DNA of 63,372 bases, filler included, from Stramenopiles sp. TOSAG23-3 (taxonomy: Eukaryota): assembly GCA_900128585.1 (NCBI GenBank). It is 14 parts of 14 records of this genome, joined end to end, with 100 filler letters (N's around TTAATTAATTAA, not from the genome) between each part and the next. Parts side by side here need not be neighbours in the genome. Positions count along the whole stretch, not along the records: positions 54,726 to 60,066 come from LT643551.1; positions 60,167 to 61,168 come from LT646739.1; positions 61,269 to 62,270 come from LT646740.1; positions 62,371 to 63,372 come from LT646741.1; 10 more parts are not named here. The stretch is one strand, 5' to 3'. Every line of letters starts with the position of its first letter. Within the stretch, counting starts at the first letter, position 1. The notes below the pieces were generated by a model. It saw only the letters and a list, made by a program, of their open reading frames with translations, was not told where the DNA came from and ran no database searches. Of the stretch, positions 57,400 through 63,372 are shown piece by piece. The position numbers and the translations under genes are program-made.

Positions 57400-57801
57400 T
57401 CATTTAAATTGTATTGTTAAATCGTTAATTGGCCAATCTTCATATGTACCATCTGGTAAATATCGTCGTACAATCAATGGAATTTTTCCTTTTTCCAATT
57501 CTTTCTCAGCAATTTTTAATGGATCTGTTAAACCTTCTAAATCAACCATAACAGGTGCATTCATACTAATTTGCAAAGCACGAGTACCTAATATTCTAGC
57601 ACGTTCATATTTTGTCATAAAACGGCTCGTGATACGTTGTTCTTTAGGAACAGCTTTTCCACTAGAGCCAGGAAAACCTTTATTATCAACCTCCTCCACA
57701 TTATTATTATTATTATCATTATTCATAAGAGTATCACCATCATCATCAACATTAACTACTTCCCCTTTTGGATCGACTATTTCTACTTTATCTACATCCA
57801 T
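57400..57801 (-). CDS. RPB6: RNA polymerase I/II/III shared subunit RPB6
   Basis: [28 protein letters not shown]...[12 protein letters not shown]. Confidence 0.97.
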   Translation of the reverse strand: MDVDKVEIVDPKGEVVNVDDDGDTLMNNDNNNNNVEEVDNKGFPGSSGKAVPKEQRITSRFMTKYERARILGTRALQISMNAPVMVDLEGLTDPLKIAEKELEKGKIPLIVRRYLPDGTYEDWPINDLTIQFK

Positions 57802-58238
57802 ATTTTGTTAATGTTACTGCTATATCTGCAATTAATATTATTTACCTTTTTCACAACTAGATGTTGAATTTATTGATCGATAGAATATATTAAAGATGTT
57901 TTCTTCTATATCTTTCTCCCACACTATCTATGTCTACAACCAAGGTTTTGTTTATTCAATTCCTTATACACGATGTCATATTTATAGATAGATGTATTTT
58001 TATTTTGTGGAGAGGTGAGTCAAAGTCCCCAAACCACCTTAACCTATATATAATTTATAATAATGTGTCTTGTTAATTCTGTATCACATATTAATATTTG
58101 CATGCTAAACTTATGCTAAAACAAACCTTTAACTTTTGATTATTATTTTTTTATTTTTTATTCAACAGAGAATCTCTCTGTGTTTATACAAAACCTCCTC
58201 ACCCCGCACACTCCTCTCTCCTCACTCCTCACACCTCC

Positions 58239-59244
58239 TCACAAATTATTCAACATATCAACACCTGAACTATCTTCAAATAATTCAGGAAAGACAGCTG
58301 CTACTTTATGTGTTATATAATCACCATAACGTATTGCTTCAACTTTATCAGTTGTTAATTCTTTTTCAACATCACCTTTAGCATTTGTTAATTTTACTTT
58401 TGTACTTTTTGTAGTATTTATATTTGTAGCACCATCGCCTTTCATCATTGCATTTGTAATATCATCACTTAATATTTTCGTTTCAAATGCAGGATCAAAA
58501 AAAAATGGCATACTAATTCTATCTTTATTTAATGATGCTTTAACACGATGTGGTGTTGCTTTATATAATCCATTTGTCCATAATTGCAACATGTCTCCTA
58601 TATTAACTACAAATGTATCTTTCACAGGTGGTGCATCAATCCATTCTTTCGTAATTGGATCTTCAACTTGTAAACCACCAACATCATCTTGTTTCAAAAT
58701 AGTTAATACGCCATAATCAGTATGCCTACCAACACCGAAATTATTTGATCCTTGTGGATATCGAAAGATACGAAATGGTGTAAATGGTTTTGGTTTACAA
58801 AATTGTTTTTCAAAAAAATCAGATGGTAATCCTAGTGATAATGCAATTGCATTCATAATAATATGTCCTAATGTTGTTAATTCTTCCATATATTTTAAAA
58901 CAGTTGTTTTCCATATATTATATGGTTCAGGAAATTGATTTGGACCATGCATTGCCATTTTGTTAATCACTTGTTCCGATTCTAATGAATATTCTTCACC
59001 AAAATAAATACCTTCTTTATTATCTGGTTTTCCACTTGTTAATTCTTCGCCTAATGCAAAAAAACCTTTCCAATGTAACCCAGATTGTTTCATATGTATT
59101 TTACTTTTTATATCTACAGATTGATCAAAGAATTTTAATGCTAAATTTTCTAATTCTTGAATTAAATTTAAATCCACCCCATGATTACTAACATAAAAAA
59201 ATCCATTCTGTAAACATGCATTACGTATTTGTTTAATTACATAG

Positions 59245-59279
<35 letters not shown>

Positions 59280-59342
59280 TAATGGTTCAATATCAATAAT
59301 TGGTATTTTATTAGTAGTATTATTACGTATTATGGATGTCAT
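58239..59342 (-). CDS. 2OG-Fe(II) dioxygenase, IPNS-like
   Basis: IPIIDI, GFFYVSNHGV, HTDYG, NIGDML, TPHRV, RISMPFF. Confidence 0.92.
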
Positions 59343-60168
59343 TGTTTTCACTCACAATATTAATATAGTACTTTCTCTATATAAAAATAAGGAGGATTAA
59401 GTTTTATAAATGTGATAATCTGATCTACAAACAATACAACACAATATTACGCAAGCCCCATGTACATTGTCCATATATCCATCTCTCTGCCATTTATACA
59501 TTTATACAAGCTTCATATTTTTCTTCACTTGTTTTCTGTTTTTTCACCCAAAACACTAACACACTGTTGTCAATTACATTTATGAAAACTAACCACTTAA
59601 GGTAATTATTCAGTAATTGCTCATGTTTTTATTATATACATAATTATATAATAATCCACTAATTTAATCTACCTTAAACATTCCATCATTGATCCTAATT
59701 GATATTGTTACTCTATTAAGTATACCAATACAACAAACCCGTTAATAACGTTTTACTCGACTTATACATTTATACACACACTTATATCGATAACAAACTA
59801 TAAACTCATACATAAGATGGTGTGTGTGTAAGAGAAGGTGTGGTGGGACAGATTGTACAGAGTATTATAAATTGTAGAAATATATTCAGTCATACTAGAA
59901 GGGAGCGAAATATTTTACAAATATATAATAAAGAGAAACAAACGAAATATATCGTATTCTACATATATATATATATATAACATCCATCAATAATAATAAT
60001 GTCTCTAGATAGTGGTGGTTCGGAAATATTAGAAGGGTTTCAACCAATAGCAAAAAATAATAAAAGNNNNNNNNNNNNNNNNNNNNNNNNNNNNNNNNNN
60101 NNNNNNNNNNTTAATTAATTAANNNNNNNNNNNNNNNNNNNNNNNNNNNNNNNNNNNNNNNNNNNNCC

Positions 60169-61168
60169 TCCAACCCGACGACTCTTTTTTTGCTGGAACA
60201 AGAGAAAAATACGATAACATGGCGCGGAAGTGCACGCACCTGGACGTACATTGTAACGTACAAAAGCATATCGAGGAGCACGGGTTACGCTGACGGTACT
60301 CATTCAGTTACCATCACGGGGAATGGGTTTGATAAAACCCGGTCAGATTACCGCTGCAGATTCCGCGACGGCTCTGGCAGAACTCGTTACAGTGCTAACA
60401 CTCGACCGTCAAGTGCAACATCGCTCGTTTGTCGTTCCCCGGTCTGGACGCACCCTGCAACTTCGAACCCGACCACTCTGTACCTCATGGAGCGCTCGAA
60501 CAACGATGTTACATGGAGGGGCAGCGCACGAGGATGGACTTTCATAGTGACTTACAAAAGTATATCGCTAACAACCGGCTATGCTGACGGCACCCACTCA
60601 GTGACCGTGCACGGGAATGGCTTCAATACTGGATGGTCAGATTACAGATGCCGTTTTCAAGACAAAGCTGGTAATAACGCGTACAGCGCCAACGTTAGGG
60701 CTTCCTCCGATGCTTACTTGACTTGCCGCTCTCCGATATGGAATTTCAAGGCAACGAGTAACCCAACGACTCTATATTTGATGGAGCGGTCAAGTAATGA
60801 CATTACATGGAGGGGCAGCGCGCGAACTTGGGTCTTCCAAATCACCTACAAATCGTCCGCAACTTCTACGAAGACTGGCAATACGCATGGCGGGAAAAAC
60901 GTTGTACTAACAGGGAACGGTTTTGACACGTCACGAAGCGACTATACTTGTGTATTTAGAAACGCCAAGGGTTACCAAAGAGTGAGCGCTCCAGTCAGAC
61001 CAGATTCGCCTACACAGCTAACTTGTACGACGCCATCGTATGGCGATAATCTACGGTTAACAGAAGTAATCTTGCAAGAAAGCGGCCAAGTGGTTCTGTA
61101 CCGTGGGGCAGATACCTGGGAGCGCGTGTTCTTTTTTGCAAGGCCCTTCTATTTGGGCTGGCACACCA
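60169..61168 (+). CDS. IPT/TIG-repeat surface protein, internal fragment
   Basis: 98-aa (294-bp) repeats G...VTITGNGF...YRCRF...S.T.L.C.SP; open across the contig. Confidence 0.75.
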
Positions 61169-61269
61169 NNNNNNNNNNNNNNNNNNNNNNNNNNNNNNNN
61201 NNNNNNNNNNNNTTAATTAATTAANNNNNNNNNNNNNNNNNNNNNNNNNNNNNNNNNNNNNNNNNNNNC

Positions 61270-61990
61270 GACCACGACAAGTCCAGAATAGAACTGCAGC
61301 TTGAAGACAGGAATCGTATGATCGAAGAGCTCCGCAAAGGCCTGGCAGGTAAAGAGGAGGAGTTGACAAAATGGCAGAAAGACCTGATGGACAAGGAAAC
61401 GGCGAAGAACACGGTAACGAAACGATTGGAGAATCAACTGATGGCAAACCGTTCAAGGGTCAAGGAACTGACGGCAGCGCTGGACAACATGCAAGTAAAA
61501 GCAGACGCGGAGCTGGGAATGGAGCGGGATAGGACGTCGGAAGCTGAAAATAAATTGGAACGGCAGCAAAAGTTGCACGGGGAAGAGATGAAGAAGGTTA
61601 AATCGGAATTAGACGTACTCACCGAAGAGACGTTTCGGCTTCGATCTGCCGTCTCAAGGGCGGAAAAGGCAACGGAAAAGGCGCAGGAACAGGCGGCGAA
61701 CTACAAGGCTGAAATTGACGCTGGGGAAGAAGACATTTCTTCGATCCAAACAGAGCTCCGACAGGCGTTGGAGCAGCATGTGAAGGACAGCAATCGCGCA
61801 AAGGAAATAGCAGAGAAGCAGGCGAAGCGGTTGAAGCTGCTGGAGGAAGAGAAAATGGACATTTTGAAAGAAGCGGGGAGCCTGAACACCGAGCTGAGCC
61901 TGGCGCTCAAGGAAAGGACCAACGTCGAGGAAGAGGTTGCAAGGGTTACACAGGAGAAAGAGAACGTTTTGGAGAGGCTTGAAATTTCGA
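61270..61990 (+). CDS. Long coiled-coil protein fragment
   Basis: E/K/L heptad-rich ORF until about 61990. Confidence 0.75.
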
Positions 61991-62270
61991 AGCGCAGCTC
62001 CATTTTCAATTGTTGCATCTCTTTGACCAACTGTTTTATTTGCTCTTGGGCGCTGGTGATCTCTTCTATCTTTTCCCCGTGGCGTTCTTTCAAGGCGGAC
62101 AGTTCACGCTTCACTTTTGACTCGCTCTTCTGCCACCCTAGGCGCACGTCCTCTACTTGCTTCCCTAAATCTGAAATTTGACCATGGGCTGCCTTCAGGC
62201 GAGAGTCCCGCGTCTTAACCCCTGCCCTCAGCTCCTCTTGCACCCTATTGAGCTCTGCATTTGACGTTAC
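61985..62270 (-). CDS. Coiled-coil protein fragment, inverted against the previous one
   Basis: VTSNAELNRVQEELRAG...KEMQQLKMELRF, open from the contig edge. Confidence 0.7.
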
Positions 62271-62370
62271 NNNNNNNNNNNNNNNNNNNNNNNNNNNNNN
62301 NNNNNNNNNNNNNNTTAATTAATTAANNNNNNNNNNNNNNNNNNNNNNNNNNNNNNNNNNNNNNNNNNNN

Positions 62371-62838
62371 CGGCTGCAGTTCCAAGTCTCGTACAAGCTT
62401 TGGAACGGGGAAGAACGGCTCACGGTCATCGACCGAGAGTTCCCGGTTACGACCTCGCGGGCACAAGCCGAGCGGTACATTGAGTCGTCCGTCTGCGCCA
62501 TGAATGCACTTCAAGCGTCGGCCAATATGTCAAAAGGTGGGGAGTACCTTCAGAGCAGGGTGAACTTGGTGTCTTTCCAGCGCCTCCTCCAGAGGACCAT
62601 GCGCACGAAGTTTGACTGCCAGTCCTACCTTGCGTACATCACCCACGCTGAACCTTTGGACCAGTTCATGCGAGAGCAGGCGATGCTCCAAGTGATGCAG
62701 TCTAACAGCATTATGTCCAACACGTCGTCCACGGAGACTCGAGACGACGACGCGAGTAAATCGCTGTTCCAATCGAAGGCGCTGAGCATGCACCAGTTCC
62801 TTCGACGCACAACCGCGACCCTTGCCAACAGCGGGTGA
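62371..62838 (+). CDS. C-terminus of a probable vWA/Sec23-like (cpRas1-like) protein
   Basis: FQVSY...ERLTVI...VTTSRAQAE...NALQASANMSKGGEYLQSR pattern, recognised from memory; vWA domain itself not in the window. Confidence 0.45.
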   Translation, partial: RLQFQVSYKLWNGEERLTVIDREFPVTTSRAQAERYIESSVCAMNALQASANMSKGGEYLQSRVNLVSFQRLLQRTMRTKFDCQSYLAYITHAEPLDQFMREQAMLQVMQSNSIMSNTSSTETRDDDASKSLFQSKALSMHQFLRRTTATLANSG

Positions 62839-62991
62839 GAGGGAGGGGGGGGGAGGGACCGGGCTGCGTCGAGGCTTAAGTGCTTCCCAGCCTGCACTTC
62901 TTTTCAAATAAAAAATTTAGTCTTACAAAATTTCAATACATACGGCGTATCCATTAAAACTTAAACTTCTAGACCTATTATCTTAATCCTG

Positions 62992-63372
62992 TTAAACAAG
63001 GCCACCATGGCATTGGCTTTTGGTTGCACAAATGCTGAGTGCTAGGGCTAAGAAGCTCGTCACCCACCCACCCAAATCAAAAATCGATATCATACATAAG
63101 AAAAAAATAAAGAAATGTATGATCCGGTCCATTAGGTTTATCCAGTATTTGAACGCGTAAACCCCTTTGATCTCCTTAACGTTTTCACGCTCGCTTTCTG
63201 GTTTTCTCTTGTTGAGCAAACCGTTGAGTTCTTCCTTTTCAAGCTCCATATCCAAGTTCTTTGCGGTTTGCAAGAAATCTTCTAAGCATGCTTGGTCGCA
63301 GTCTTCGAAGCCTCCATTCGACCGTAGGTAAAACAGTTCAAGTGCAAAATCTGCCTTTTTGTAGGTGTCCAG
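62992..63372 (-). CDS. Hypothetical protein C-terminus with hydrophobic end
   Basis: Frame open from the window end (LDTYKKADFALELFY...) to TAA at 62992. Confidence 0.5.
   Translation of the reverse strand: MDTYKKADFALELFYLRSNGGFEDCDQACLEDFLQTAKNLDMELEKEELNGLLNKRKPESERENVKEIKGVYAFKYWINLMDRIIHFFIFFLCMISIFDLGGWVTSFLALALSICATKSQCHGGLV

Noticed and set aside
341..59342. Alternative genetic code
   Set aside because: TAA, TAG and TGA all end conserved genes at expected positions (eIF1A, LSM1, ATCase, RPB6) and none occurs in frame inside conserved domains
63000..63125. Possible second in-place inversion (flip gives DR-PPWHWLLVAQMLSARAKK...KKCMILV*)
   Set aside because: Only 2-bp boundary homology, and the assembled reading is a plausible membrane anchor; worth rechecking if the 21288-21431 inversion proves real

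Overview
This is not a contiguous locus. It is 14 unrelated, size-sorted contigs (eleven of about 5.34-5.38 kb, three of 1002 bp) joined by artificial 100-nt spacers (N44-TTAATTAATTAA-N44, stops in all six frames), so adjacency across spacers carries no meaning. The DNA is nuclear and eukaryotic, from a gene-dense, very intron-poor flagellated protist (axonemal dyneins, SSNA1, MORN proteins); a heterotrophic stramenopile-type single-cell or metagenome assembly is plausible but inferred. The genetic code is standard. Recognisable genes include eIF1A, LSM1, RPB6, VKOR, SSNA1, standalone ATCase, ATAD3, SMARCAD1/Fun30, Angel, BCP1, BORCS8, a 2OG-Fe(II) oxygenase, a PLA2/patatin-like lipase and a PIG-L deacetylase. 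Intergenic DNA is AT-rich with long (GAA)n tracts. Main oddities: (1) several genes are internally inverted or fused at microhomologies, including one clean, frame-preserving 144-bp in-place inversion bounded by CACA/TGTG; amplification chimerism is the leading explanation, but real gene scrambling cannot be excluded from this sequence; (2) an LRR gene has DNA-identical repeat scaffolds and variable ligand-face codons; (3) unusual architectures occur (HU-CCDC81-dynein, signal-like peptide/ATAD3/SAP, ER-type His-rich DUF427); (4) one much more AT-rich contig may come from a different genome. No rRNA, tRNA or CRISPR array was found.
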